In this document: piece after piece, positions 43,618-56,140 of the stretch
Position numbering within the stretch: position 1 is the stretch's first letter
Layout of the letters: the number at the start of each line of letters is the position of its first letter
Notes under the pieces: model-generated
Databases searched by the model: none
Seen by the model: only the letters and a program-made list of their open reading frames with translations
What the model was told of the DNA's origin: nothing
Assembly (NCBI RefSeq): GCF_006345805.1
Contig: NC_043001.1
Coordinates: 129,456,001 to 129,520,000 of the forward strand
DNA length: 64,000 nucleotides
Reading direction: 5' to 3'
Source: Octopus sinensis
Taxonomy: Eukaryota
Program-made: the position numbers and the translations under genes

Positions 43618-44136
43618 TTTTAAAGGATGGTTGGTCTGTGATCCTGCTAAAGTGTTAGGTGGAGAAGGTCAGTTTCTGTTGATTAGGCATGGAGAATTAT
43701 TGCACAAAATGCACCCCTGACAAATGATACAGGTGGGAAAGAACAAAAAGGAAGTTTTGATTAGAGAATGTTGAAGATATGAGAGAGTTGAATGAAGAGT
43801 ATGGAAATCTATCAAATGAGAAAACTGAAGTCCTGGGAGAAGATAATGATACTGTTGCTGGTTTAGAAGATAGATCTGAAAAATCAGGCAGAAATAAATG
43901 GTGGCTTATAAAGAAAACAGTGGAAAAAGGGAAAATTATGACAACATGGCCAAAGTCCAAAGGAAAGTACAGTCATTGGCTGAATATAATACCAAAAGAA
44001 GAGAATAAAGATCCTGTTTGTGCTAATTGGGATCTTGTGAAACGATGGAAAGGGGCAATTCAGGAAACTGCTGGGCATGAACATGCTGGTTTACTCATTG
44101 CTGTGCAGGAATAGGAAAATGAAGTAATTGATGCTA

Positions 44137-44444
44137 TTATTCTATATTTTTGAGATGAGGAAATATGTACGTTATTTACAAAGGATGGATAAGTGTCCTC
44201 ATTTTGTTTGTTGTAATCACAACTTTTCAGCTGATGTACTCTCCACCTTCATCAGGTGTTCTGGTGGAATTTTGAACCCAACCCTTTAGTTGACTAATGG
44301 GGTACACTGTTCTTATTCCTAAGGTATGTTGCTGATGTTATTTTTCTGTTGATATTATTTTTCAAGTTCCTGCCTGAGATTGACCTTAGAATCCAATGGT
44401 TAGTAGCCTGCGTTCTTATCCACTATGTTATATGCCTGTGTAAA
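44137..44444 (-). mobile_element. 308-bp insert with tRNA-like head and internal HHR, 12-bp TSD
   Basis: TSD taattgatg(c/t)ta at 44125-44136 and 44445-44456; removing insert plus one TSD restores copia E-V-I-D-A-K-H-K-E; A-box-like TAACATAGTGG, weak B box. Confidence 0.75.
44218..44258 (-). ncRNA. Decayed minimal hammerhead motif with an extra A after A9
   Basis: CAC-CUGAUGA-A-GGUG...CAGCU-GAAA-AGUU/GUG; C15.2 mutated and helix II damaged. Confidence 0.55.
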
Positions 44445-46151
44445 TAATTGATGTTAAGCATAAAGAAATACAAAATCTGAAGAATCAGGTTGTGTATGAA
44501 TGTGTGCCCTCAATGGGTCAAAAAACTATATCAACAAAGAAAGTGATTACTGAAATACACAAAAATAACAAAAAGATAATGGAAGCCTGTCTTGTTGCAT
44601 GTGGTTATGTGGGAGATACAAGAGACCTAGAAATAGACTCTCCAACATGCAGTCATGGAGCCATGAGGTTAGTAATGTTAACAATATTATTTATGAACTG
44701 GTGAGCACAGACTCTAGGCATTTTAACAGGGTGATATTTTGAAGAGAGAAGTGTTCCTAAAGCTACCTTCAGATATAAGTCTAGAATCACAAATGTGGAA
44801 GCTGAAGAGATGCATCTATAGGTTGAATGATGCACCACTGTCATGGAATAAGAAGGTAACTTAAGTGCTGATCCAATTGGAAAGACTGGTATTAATGACA
44901 ATACTTTATTGCTCCAGTACGATGTAAGTGGGAAACTGATGGACCTACTGGTAATGCATGTGGATGATTTTATATTCTGTGTTTGAGAAGAATACAATCA
45001 CAGCAGTTAAAAGGGAATTTAAGTTAAGAACCCATGAAAGTGGAATTTTCAGGTTTTTCAGAACTGAATGTTAATCAACGCAAGAAAAAAATTGCTAGAT
45101 TAAGATTTATACATATCATTTATGAGTCCAAGAGAAATAAAGAAAAGAGGTCACTAAGGGAAAATGAAAAGTTCAAAGAAGAAGAGAAATCTGAATTAAA
45201 AACATATGGAGATTAAATAACATGGATATATACACCGACTCATCCAGATGTATCAGTTGATGTTTGTAGATTGAACAGCACTGCAAATAACCCCCAAAAT
45301 AAAGATGCTGTTTGAAGCTAATAAACCATCATCAAAGCAGAAATTAAAGAAACAGCTCCTATCTTTTCCAGCTTTGAGAAAAATCCTTCAGGTCTAGATG
45401 TAATCAGTTATTTGATACAACTTATGCCACTTTTGGAAGGTAATCTTTGCAAGGTGACCTTCTATTTCTTCTAATATCCAACTTTAGGAAGAAAGCATAG
45501 TTGACTACATTGACCCTAGCATATGACTGGTATTATCACTTCGTATTTCATTTTATGACATCTAAAAGGATGAAAGTTAATGTTGAACAAAGCAGGTTTT
45601 GAACCTAGAATATCAACTGATGTAACTAAGCTTCAAAAAGCGTTTTTTCCTGACATTCTAGCAATTCTGCCACCTTCTACACTTTATAGAAGATCTTAAA
45701 TAATGCATTGAAAAGAGCAAAAAAATGAGGAAGATTTATGGAAGAACAGAGAAGCATTATATTTTATTACAGTTGTTATTGTTTGTGTTGCTATTTTATT
45801 TATGACACAAGATATTGTTCTTATTTTCATGTTATCTGTCAGTTTTAATTTAGACTTGTTTTCTCCCCAAGATCAGGAGAAAAACGAATGAATAATAAAC
45901 ATAAAAACAGTGACACATGAAGAAGAAAACAAGAAATTAAGTAATTAAAAAGATTAATAAGCACAGGCACATGAAGTTTGATTCATGACTACAGGGTACC
46001 AGGTTCAATCCCACTGTATAGCGCTTCGGAGAATTGTGTTCTACTAGAGATATGGATCAAGTGAAGTTTTGTGTATGGAATTTGGTAAAACTATATGAGA
46101 AAGCCCATTCTATGACGAATGGATATATAGAGAGATGCACACACACACATA

Positions 46152-47040
46152 CATAGTCTGATCAATAAGTATCCAGACTGTTGCCAAAGTAACAAAGCTA
46201 AAGCACTCAGAATAATGCCACTTGGCACAGACTGACCTTGAACTCTGCTGTGCATCCATCATCATCTTCAACAACTTGGAAAATGGGTGCCTTATGAATT
46301 GTCCGAAAGCAACCACAAATTCCGTGTTGACATCTGTTCTTCTCTCCATTCTCGCAAACTCATTTCACCCTTTTGGACAGACTTGTGACTGGTGATGAGA
46401 AATGGATCTTCTATCAAAATGTTAAATGTCGTAAACAGTGGCTTGGTAAAAGGGAAAAAGCTGAACCACAACTGAGAAGGGAACTTCGTGGGAAAAAGGT
46501 TCTTCTCTCTATCTGTAGGGATTGCAAAGGAGTAATTCACTTTGAATTGTTACTACCTAATGCAACAATCAATGCTCAAGTCTACTGTCAGCAATTAGAA
46601 TGTTTGAACCAAGCTTTGAAGAAAAAAGACCCGCTTTAGTGAATCGAATAAACGTGATGTTTCATCAGGACAATGCTCATTACCACACTGCAAAGATAAC
46701 ATCACAGTAGATCGAAGACCTTGGCTGCGAAAAAATTCCTCATCCACCATATTCTCCAGACCTTGCTCCTTCAGACTACCATTTGTTTCGTAGTTTATAG
46801 AATCATTTGGGGGACATAACTTTTACAAGCCAGGAGGAGGTCGAAACTGACATTTCAGAGTTCTTTGCTTTGAAACCAAAAGGGTTTTACATTGATGGGA
46901 TCAAAAAGCTTGTAAGTAGATGGAAGGAAGTCATAGATAATCAGGGAAAGTACATTGATGATTAAATTTCAATCAAATATAACATTTGATCACTTGTTTT
47001 CTTTATTCAAAATTCGGACAGAACTTATGGGATGACTTGA
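46152..47040 (+). mobile_element. Mariner transposon remnant, 5' and 3' ends non-matching
   Basis: 3' end ...gaacttatgggatgacttga-TA; 46152-46255 starts TA-catagtctgatcaataagt and is not its inverse. Confidence 0.75.
46258..46965 (+). pseudogene. Mariner DD34D transposase pseudogene (N-terminus missing)
   Basis: GKWVPYEL, VTGDEKW, FHQDNA, HPPYSPDLAPSDYHLF, C-terminal GKYIDD*; two frameshifts and two in-frame stops. Confidence 0.95.
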
Positions 47041-47260
47041 TAGTTTGGAAGCAAGCTTTGCATATGTGCATGTGTGTATGTGTATGTGTGTGTGTGCATA
47101 TATATATACTTTGGGTATGGTAGATGAGTTCAGCAAAAATTTAGATTCAGATGAATATGGTACTTCAGTTGAGGCACCAGAATTTAGCATGGTATTATCC
47201 ATACAATTTCAAAGTAAAGTGATTAAAATCAAAATAAGCAACAAGGATATCCAGAGGTAA

Positions 47261-47347
47261 TGCAGTACGATCGTTTCATGCAACTCAATTTAATTGAACA
47301 ATGCAATCATTACATCAATTTAAAATGCAGAGCAATCCTCAGCTGTA
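47261..47347 (-). ncRNA. Type I minimal hammerhead motif (U.U helix II base)
   Basis: UACAG-CUGAGGA-UUGC...GCAU-GAAA-CGAUCG-UA/CUGCA. Confidence 0.7.
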
Positions 47348-47482
47348 CAAAGACATAGAATTTACTTATGCTGGAGTGGAGACAGCATGCTCTTTGTCTA
47401 TCTCCTTAACTTCTTGGAGATTTTAGGTATAATTATACTAATGTGTTCATCTGTTCTAATTTAATTAAATTCTATGTCTTTG

Positions 47483-47569
47483 TGCAGCTGAGGATTGCTC
47501 TGCATTTTAAAGTGATGCAATGATTGCATTGCTCAATTAAATGGAGTTGCATGAAACGATCGTACTGCA
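47483..47569 (+). ncRNA. Type I minimal hammerhead motif (U.U helix II base), perfect helix I
   Basis: UGCAG-CUGAGGA-UUGC...GCAU-GAAA-CGAUCG-UA/CUGCA; predicted cleavage 47564/47565. Confidence 0.75.
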
Positions 47570-47598
47570 TTACCTCTGGATATCCTTGTTGCTTATTT

Positions 47599-47633
<35 letters not shown>

Positions 47634-47643
47634 TAGATAGATA

Positions 47644-47676
<33 letters not shown>

Positions 47677-47714
47677 TGACAGATAGATAGATAAATAGAT
47701 AGATAGATAGACAT

Positions 47715-47785
<71 letters not shown>

Positions 47786-48526
47786 TACACTCACATTGCA
47801 CGCATACAAGCAAGTTGTCAAAGGAATGATAAGATACAGGCTGATATAAATGATAGGTAGAGAGATTATGAATTGTATTCAGATTATTGACAATTATTTT
47901 GCTGAAGTCAAGTGCATATTCGGTAGCTAAGAGTTTAGAGTCAGAATCCTGTTGGAGATTGCTTTAGATCTACAGTACTTAACAACACAAAGACATGATT
48001 TCGTACGTATATTAGCTTATCATGCAAATGCGTAAGCATGCATAAGTGTGAGGAGTGTGTATGTATATATATAATATCTGTATATAATATATATATATAT
48101 TTGTATATAGCTGTATATATATATATATATATATGCACATGTATTTATACATATATAAATGTACAATTATATATATAAGTATACATATGTACAGAGGTGT
48201 ATACATTCACATATATACATACATCTGCACCTACATACACAAAAGAAAGAGAAAGTTTACTTATGCTATCTGTTTCTTTGGAACTATAAATCATATTGCG
48301 AGAAGCTAAATCTTTTTGACCCTCTGACTAAATAGATCTCATGCATTGTTTTGTATGCATTTATGTAAGTAAGCATGATTGCATGTTTGCATGCATATGT
48401 GCATGTGCAGTACATTATTGCAATACATGCATGCAAATGATATCTATATATTTAGAGATATAGCTTTCTCTCAATCTATATGTGTCTATCTATCTATCTA
48501 TCTAGCTATACATATATATATATATA

Positions 48527-48581
<55 letters not shown>

Positions 48582-49488
48582 GTACATATATACATTCATA
48601 CATATGATGGTGATGATATACATATATAAATATATATATATATACACATACACATGTGTACATTTATATGTAGGTGTATACTTATGCATCTAGCTATATA
48701 TATATATATATATATATATAAATACATGTATGTGTGTGTGCATGCATGTGCGTGAGTGCGCATGTGTCTGTGCACATGTGTGTGATGCGTGCATGTGAGT
48801 GCGTGTGTGTGTGTATATGTGTGTATGTATTACACAGAAGTACATAATACATACATGATATGATAAAGAGCAAATTTCTGCATTCTATCTCCCAGAGATG
48901 GTATTTATTGTATCGATACGGTCTTAATTCCCTTTGAATCTGTTACAAGCCAACATCCTTTCATGCAGATGGATATATATAAGCACAAACTTAACTATTT
49001 ATTAGTCTTCTTTAACATTTTGTATTATATTATTTGATTATTTTACTTTCACGTAAGTATTTATGCTCTGTATTATATTCTCATAAATTTTTAGCTTTTC
49101 TTTTCCACAATTCTTTTTATCATGCGCCAAAATTCTCAAACTTTGGAGATTATATAGTAAATGCATATAAATACACATTCACACACAACAGGCATCTTTC
49201 AGCTTGTGTTTATGGAATCCCCTGGCAAAGCTTTGGCAAGCCTGGCACTCAAGAAGATACTTGCCCAAGGTGTCATGGAAAATAAAAAAAAAATACAAAC
49301 ACCCAGTACACCCTCTATAGCACTTGGTATTAGGAAGGGCACTGAGATATAGAAACCATACCAAAGCATTCACTGGAGCACAATGCTGTCTTCTGACTTA
49401 TTAGGTTGTATTGAACTGTTCAATCCCTGTTTCCATGGAAAATGGACATTAGTTGATGATGATGATATATATATATAGATACATATAT

Positions 49489-49718
49489 ATTTCTTTATTA
49501 CCCACAAGGGGCTAAACAAAGAGGGGACAAGCAAGCACAGACAAAGGTATTAGGTCGATTACATCGACCCCAGTGCGTGACTGGTACTTAATTTATTGAC
49601 TTCGAAAGGATGAAAGCCAAAGTCGACCTCGGCGGAATTTGAACTCAGAACGTAACGGCAGACGAAATACGGCTACGCATTTCGCCTGGCATGCTAACGT
49701 TCCTGCCAGCTCGCTGCC
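49489..49718 (-). mobile_element. Full-length family A SINE
   Basis: Reverse complement of the 23881 family; flanked by duplicated tatatatagatacatatatat. Confidence 0.85.
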
Positions 49719-50643
49719 TTATATATATAGATACATATATATATATAGATACATATAGTGGTTGGTGTTAGGAAGGGCATCCACCTGTAGAAACCTTGCC
49801 AGATCAGATTGGAATCTAGTGCAGCCCACTGGCTTGCCAATCCTCATTCAAACTGTCCAACCCATGCTAGCATGGAAAGCAGATGTTAAATGATGATGAT
49901 GATGATGATATATGAAGGCACATTGCTAAGTGATTACAGAGTTCTGCTTACAATTGTGAGGTTGTGATTTCAATTCCCGAACCAGGCTGTGTGTTGTAAC
50001 CTTTGAGCAAGACACTTTATTTCTCAAGAAGACTTGCCCACCACAACAGAATTGAGATCCTAAAACCAAGGTGCCATGTAAAAAGCATTGATGTAGGTGC
50101 TGGTGCCACATTAAAAGCACTAGTGATGGTTCCTTGCAAGGTGCAATAGTGATGGTGCCACATTAAAAGCACCAGTGATGCATCCAACTCATGCCAGCAT
50201 GGAGAACAGATGTTAAATGTTGTTGCTGCTGCTGATAATGATGATGATGATGATGATCTTTTACTTGTTTCATCCTGCAAGCTTTGGTCATGCTGATGCA
50301 CTGCCTTTATAAGCAAACATATATGCTGCAGTGTAATTGATTCACGCTTTTTAAAATACAAAAGATGTAAGCACATATATACTTCCATAGAATTATTAAG
50401 TTGAACTAAATTCAGTTGGCCTAGTACAATTCAACTCAATCATTATTTTACAATTTCATCTTATAACGACTTAATGATAGACTCTGTACGTATAAACATA
50501 CATACACAGACTCACATACAAATATATGCACATGGTATGCATGAATGCCACTGTATGTACGCACACACTCAAATAAACATATACACACATATTCTCCTTA
50601 TACATTCATATACATAGATGTCTATAAACGCACAAACACACAC

Positions 50644-50684
<41 letters not shown>

Positions 50685-51818
50685 TGCATATATGTTTGTA
50701 TATATGTGTCTAGATAAGTCTGTATGATGATATAGCTATCTATTAACTTTTCTCTCCTTATTAATAGAAATAATTTCCTTCTACGTTTTTGTTGTCATTG
50801 TTGTTGCTGTTTCTGTCTATGTTAATAAATGAATAAATCGATGTATTTATATTTGAATTGATTTTTGTAAAATTTGCGTCAAACCTTAAGAACCTGTCAA
50901 GAATCAGAATCAAATGTGTATATGTGTGTATGTATATATATGTGTGTATGTACATATATATAGATATATATATAGATATATATATATAGATATATATATA
51001 TATGTGTGTGTATGTATATATGTGTGTATATATATATATATATATAATATACATGATTCTAATGTTGTGTTTTATGTTTAAATTTTTTACATCCAAGAAA
51101 AATAATATATATGAAACAAAATATTTTAGTTAAAAAATAGATGTAAATAAATAAAGTAATAAATGTAATAAGTAAACAAATACATAATTTGAAGAAACTG
51201 AATGAGGAACTCTTTTTTTACCATTTTCTTTGTTATGATAATAGAGGAAATTAATGTTTTTTTTATCTTCATTTATATTTACCTTTCCTATTGATTTGCA
51301 CACTTATATGGTGTGAATATGAGAGAGAGAAAGCGAGAGATAAAGAGAGAGTGTGTGTGTGAGTGAGTGAGTGAGTGAGTGAGTGAGTGAGAGAGAGTGG
51401 GAGGATGTGTGAGTGTCTATGTGTTTATATCTAAAGCAGAGTGGGTAGTTTTTTTTTTTAATAAGAGGTACCAAGTAGAATGATGAAACTTCTTTGCATA
51501 GGGAAAACAAACAACCTGTGTAGGAAGAAATGGCATTAGTACTGCAATGTGAGTACATGCTTGCATATGTAGCTACACACACACACAATTATATATATGC
51601 TTGTGTGTGTGCACATGTATACATGTATAGATATCATCATCATTATCATCATTTAACATCCATTTTCTATACTGGCATGGGTTGGGTGGTTTAACAAGAT
51701 GTGATGAACAACAGGACTGCATCAAGTTCCAGTGTTAACTTTGGTATGGTTTTTATGGCTGGATGCCTTAAAGTGTGTACTGAGTGCATATTTAATCCTT
51801 TCTACTATAGGCACAAAT

Positions 51819-51860
<42 letters not shown>

Positions 51861-52150
51861 ATATATTATATATATATATATATTATATATATATATATAT
51901 AATATATATATATATGGCAGCAACCAGGTTGGAAAGTATGAATAAAACAAATTAGATTAGTTTGATTGGCTTGGTTTTAGTTCTTGTGTGGTTTGAAACA
52001 AACTGAGACCATGTGCAAGTACATGGCACACACACACATACCTATATATAGTCAACTCAAATAAATGAACATTAAAATTGATAATAATAAACAATAAGAG
52101 GATGTGCACAAGGTATGTATTAGTCTGATGCTCAGTAAAAAGAGAGAGTT

Positions 52151-52183
52151 TTTGATGTTTCAAACATAGCTCTTCATCAGAAA
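52151..52183 (-). ncRNA. Decayed very small hammerhead motif (extra A after A9)
   Basis: UUU-CUGAUGA-A-GAGC-UAU-GUUU-GAAA-CAUC/AAA; reverting transitions gives GCUC-GAAA-CGUC. Confidence 0.5.
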
Positions 52184-52269
52184 GGAGAAAGGAAAAAGTC
52201 CAAAGAAGAAAAAGAAATCTCGCCAGCAGCACATGTGTAGTTACTTTGCTGAAGACACACACACACAAC

Positions 52270-52304
<35 letters not shown>

Positions 52305-52306
52305 AC

Positions 52307-52343
<37 letters not shown>

Positions 52344-52470
52344 ACATATATATATATATATACACATAAACACATGCATACATATTCACACACATACATA
52401 TATAAATACATACACATGTATATATCAAAACAAGAGATTGGAAAAAAATTTATTGGTATTATTTACTCAC

Positions 52471-52562
52471 AATTACAGATGTTGCATTTGCTAATAGGGG
52501 TTATAAAACTGTACATACAGGAAAAACATGTAAGACATCTCCTATTAGAAAATCTTCAGACA
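52471..52562 (-). ncRNA. Decayed hammerhead motif, third family with U.U helix II base
   Basis: UGU-CUGAAGA-UUUUCUAAUAGG...CCUAUUAGCAAAU-GCAA-CAUCUG-UA/AUU; A13C mutation. Confidence 0.5.
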
Positions 52563-53091
52563 CACAATCAAATAATATCATTTGATTTGGTTTTGTTAAT
52601 ACTATTTGGTTTGGTCTTACCTTAACAAAACAGTAAGCTATATATATACACATATATATATATCAAATAACGAAGGCAGTTACACTCAATATAAAACCAA
52701 AAAGGAAAAATTCAGTTGTCCCTAATTGTGATAGCACCTACATTGCAAGAAATAAGAATTGAAAACCCTTAGAGCTGCAAACAAGCACATGTCTATGCAC
52801 TGACAGGGGAAATAACCACCCCACAGTGGGTGAAATCACTGCACTTGTCTAGTTTCACATAAAATTAAAGCTCATCAGTTATGACTACTCCATCACTGGA
52901 TGGTTTGGCTAAATCCTGACTCAGTATTTACCAATGCTATTGTGAAAATTATGAACTAATGAAGATGGCTATGTGCAATATAAAACTAAAAAGGAAAAAT
53001 TCAAGTACCACTAATTGTGACTGACAGTGCAGGGTAGTACCTACATTGCTAGAAATAAGAGTTACAAAACCCTAATATATATATATATATA

Positions 53092-53323
53092 CTTTATTTA
53101 AAAGCAGCAGAAATTCAACAAAACCTGTTACTCTGAGTTTCCCGTTCCCGTTCATCGGACAGTTTTTTTTTTTTAACAAAAACTGTCCGACAAACGGGAA
53201 CGTGAAATTCAGAGTGACAGGTTTTGTTAAATTTCTGCTGCTTTTAAATAAAGCATATTACTCTACCCCTGGTATTTGAGTACTCTTTTTTCCACCTTGT
53301 TTTACAGTTATGTGTTTACTCCA

Positions 53324-53325
<2 letters not shown>
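53092..53325. mobile_element. Fold-back element with two divergent 38-nt HHR-like motifs
   Basis: Arms 53092-~53166 and ~53179-53253; right arm extends to ~53325; (TA)n on both flanks. Confidence 0.85.
53125..53162 (-). ncRNA. Compact hammerhead-like motif with CCGAUGA (U4C) core
   Basis: CUGU-CCGAUGA-ACG-GGAA-CGG-GAAA-CUCAGAG-UA/ACAG. The mirror copy at 53183-53220 (+) has ACG-GGAA-CGU but three other mutations. Confidence 0.55.
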
Positions 53326-53362
<37 letters not shown>

Positions 53363-53394
53363 TAGTTGAATGAATTATCCTAGTATGGATAATT

Positions 53395-53632
53395 CGGTTA
53401 ACCGATACCCGGGTAGCAAATTCACGTCAGAAAAACATGGTTGAAGCTACATGCCAAGGGCAGAGATCACGTGCTTTCATGTGGAAATTTGTGTGTTTTT
53501 TTAATACAAATAAATGAAATAATGGAGTTGAACGACGATTTAACAAAATTCCTTTATTCTCGACATATGTTTCAAGAGAATAAAGGAATTTTGTTAAATC
53601 GTCGTTCAACTCCATTCTTTCATTTATATATA
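53395..53632 (-). mobile_element. Penelope-like fragment truncated inside its HHR and folded back
   Basis: Perfect 41-bp arms 53521-53561 and 53576-53616; spacer reads GAAACAUAUGUC on the minus strand (3' half of an HHR). Confidence 0.7.
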
Positions 53633-53834
53633 TATATATATATATAAATATTGTAAAGTTGCTGCAAGAAATGATTCTCCTGGAAGGCAGGAAAATATAC
53701 AAAGATATTTTGAACCTCTCACCTTATCATGTCTTCAATCATCATATTCAGATGTTCTTACTAAGAAATTGTTATTTAATGAATGAACAACAAACTTACC
53801 TAAAAAGAGAGAGAAAAAACATATATAAGAAAAA

Positions 53835-53886
53835 ATACAGTAAGAGCAAAAGAGCAAAATATCATATCAATAAATTTAAACCATAA
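53835..53886 (+). pseudogene. Possible GIY-YIG C-terminal remnant of a Penelope ORF
   Basis: RAKEQ / YHINKFKP* resembles the R..KE..(F/H)I.K(F/Y)KP.LN terminus; very short. Confidence 0.25.
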
Positions 53887-54228
53887 TATTTTGTTGACTT
53901 TCAGTTCATTCTTAACTTTATCTCCATGTTATTTTATACATTTCTTAACCATTTAGCATTCAGATTACTCTGTCAAATGTTTTGTCTATTTATTCACATT
54001 TAAAAAAAAAATTAATCATGTGTTATCTTGTAGTTTTTGAGATTTCTAATGATGTGTTTGTTCATTTTTAGATTAACATAATAGGGTAAGTTTGAGAAGC
54101 TGGAGCTGATAAGCTTCTACAAAAAACATGTAGAATATCTGATTGAAAACACTTTGCTAGTTTTCATTTTCAAACAAATTGCAATAAAGAAGCAGGTGAT
54201 GGCATAAAAATGTATGTGTTCCAACATA

Positions 54229-54650
54229 GGTGTAGGTGTGGCTGTGTAGTGAGTAGCTTGCTTATGAACCACATGGTTCCAGGCTCAGTCCCACTGCATG
54301 GCACCTTGGGCAAGTGTCTTCTGCTATAGCCTTGGGCCGACCAAGGCCTTGTGAGTGAATTTAGTAGACGGAAACTGAAACAAGTCCATCGTATACATGT
54401 GTATGTGTACATATATATATGTATATATATGTATGTCTGTGTATATGTTTGTGTATCTGTGTTTCTCCCCACAACATTGTTTGAAAACCGATGGTGGTGT
54501 GTTTACGTCCCTGTAACTTAGTAGTTCGGCAAAAGAGACTGATAGAATAAGTACTAGGCTTACAAAGAATAAGTCCTGGGGTCGATTTGCTCGACTAAAG
54601 GTGGTGCTCCAGCATGGCCACAGCCAAATGACTGAAACAAGTAAAAGAGT
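54229..54650 (+). mobile_element. Full-length family B SINE
   Basis: Colinear with 27124-27516. Confidence 0.85.
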
Positions 54651-54808
54651 ATAGAAGAGTATATCTTTTATTTTTTACATGTTCCATTCATTGAACCACA
54701 GCCATTCTGGAACAGTCTTAAATTTGCTTGACAAAACCCTTCAAGGTTGGGCTCATGCATCCTCCACCCAGGTACTTAAGTTTCACTCATCTCTCCTCCT
54801 TCCATCAC

Positions 54809-54950
54809 CCTTGTAGTGTTCAACTCCCAGGTCTAGCACTAATTGCTACCTCTAGACCTTCAGACCTTGTAGTGTTCAACTCCCTTCAGACCTTCAGACC
54901 TTGTAGTGTTCAACTCCCAGGTCTAGCACTAATTGCTACCTCCAGACCTT
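54809..54950. repeat. Local mosaic tandem duplication
   Basis: ccttgtagtgttcaactccc x3; aggtctagcactaattgctacctc x2; ttcagacc repeats. Confidence 0.85.
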
Positions 54951-56140
54951 CCTTTCCAGAACACTAGCCCTCTACAGTTACCTCCCTGCTCATATTTTTC
55001 TTATGGGTGTTGACTTACAAGGATTCAAAGGGATCATTAATGGTAATGATGTCACAGATCTAGGAGGGCCTGCAAAGGCCACCAGCACTACCCCTTCCTC
55101 CAGACACAGCAAATAAAAAAAAATGCATGCACACAACGACTAGCAAAATATTTTGTGAACTGAGGGTAACTCTAGGCTCATCAGAGACAATGGATCAAAC
55201 AAATGCTACAATCTGAAGTCAATGGATTGCATGGATTATCCTTTGGATGTTAGGGATAATATCTGCTGTAAAAGGGAAATAATTAGTGTTGAAGATAAAT
55301 TTGGTGATAGCACCTGATTTGGTTTCAAAGGAATAATAAAGTTTCCAAGAATGTTTATCATTGTTGGCATCAAAGTGTTTCTTCCTCTGGGTGAAAAATA
55401 AAGATAATGACAAGGGTGTATCAGATAACAGAGGTGTGACAGATGAATGCTGAGGATTTCTGGTAGATTATGATGGAATTATTGGAGTATAGTATATTTG
55501 ATGTGCTATGTTGGTTTATGAGAAACAAAGAAAGGAGAGCTGGCAAAAATTGAATACTTATATCAGAATGAAGATGTAGTTAGTTAAGTCAATAGAGTAC
55601 GGGGAAGCAAGGTGAGAGGTCACTATATAGACAGAATTTTGATAATATACTATGCAATATTCATTCTAGTTCTCTGCATTCTCATTTCAAATCTCATTTC
55701 AAATCTTTTATTCTTCTGGAGTTGATATAGTATCAGCCATATGTCAAGATCAATTCTTCACCCTTGCTCCCTCAGCGAAAGAAATCAGCCATGATCAGAC
55801 CTGGAGAGGATGGGCTCCATAAGGCTATAAAATGTCACAGTGGTGCCCTGACAATTCCATCATGAATTGAAGGCCCAAAGCAGGGATTGATAAATACAGT
55901 ACCAGTTCAGGGTTGCAGATTGACAGAATAGTCAAAGCATAGGATTGGATATCTTGTGATAACTGTTATGGTTCTGCACATTCTGAGTTCAGATCTTATC
56001 CAGGCCACTATTAGTGCTTCACTGCCTATCCTCATTACATATATTATGTGCTGGCAGATGTACGTGTGATATATCTTTTCTATGTGTGGTGCAACTGTAG
56101 CTTATTTTCAGGTTTTGTCTATTAAAAAATTCTCTATAGA

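Larger units (their letters stand above)
43680..45470 (+). mobile_element. Decayed Ty1/copia-type retroelement pol remnant (RT to start of RNase H)
   Basis: GKYSHWLNI; EVIDA^KHKEIQNL...GQKTISTKKVITE...ACLVACGY...DSPTC; AF*QGDILKREVFLKLP; WKLKRCIY; LLVMHVDDFIF; split by the 44137-44444 insert. Confidence 0.8.
47105..47601. mobile_element. Fold-back Penelope-like element with two divergent HHRs
   Basis: Arms 47229-47362 and 47468-47601; only the left arm extends (47105-47228, homologous to 16580-16682 and 18830-18935); microsatellite flanks. Confidence 0.8.

Noticed and set aside
52845-52881. CUGAUGA-GC...GU-GAAAC-UAGAC (minus strand)
   Set aside because: U16.1 is lost and helix I does not pair; probably a dead HHR but too decayed to list as a feature.
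55145-55190. CUGAUGA-GCCUAGAG (minus strand)
   Set aside because: No intact GAAA at the expected place.
55219-55413. 64-aa ORF resembling a LINE inter-domain region
   Set aside because: No diagnostic motif; cannot be assigned by eye.
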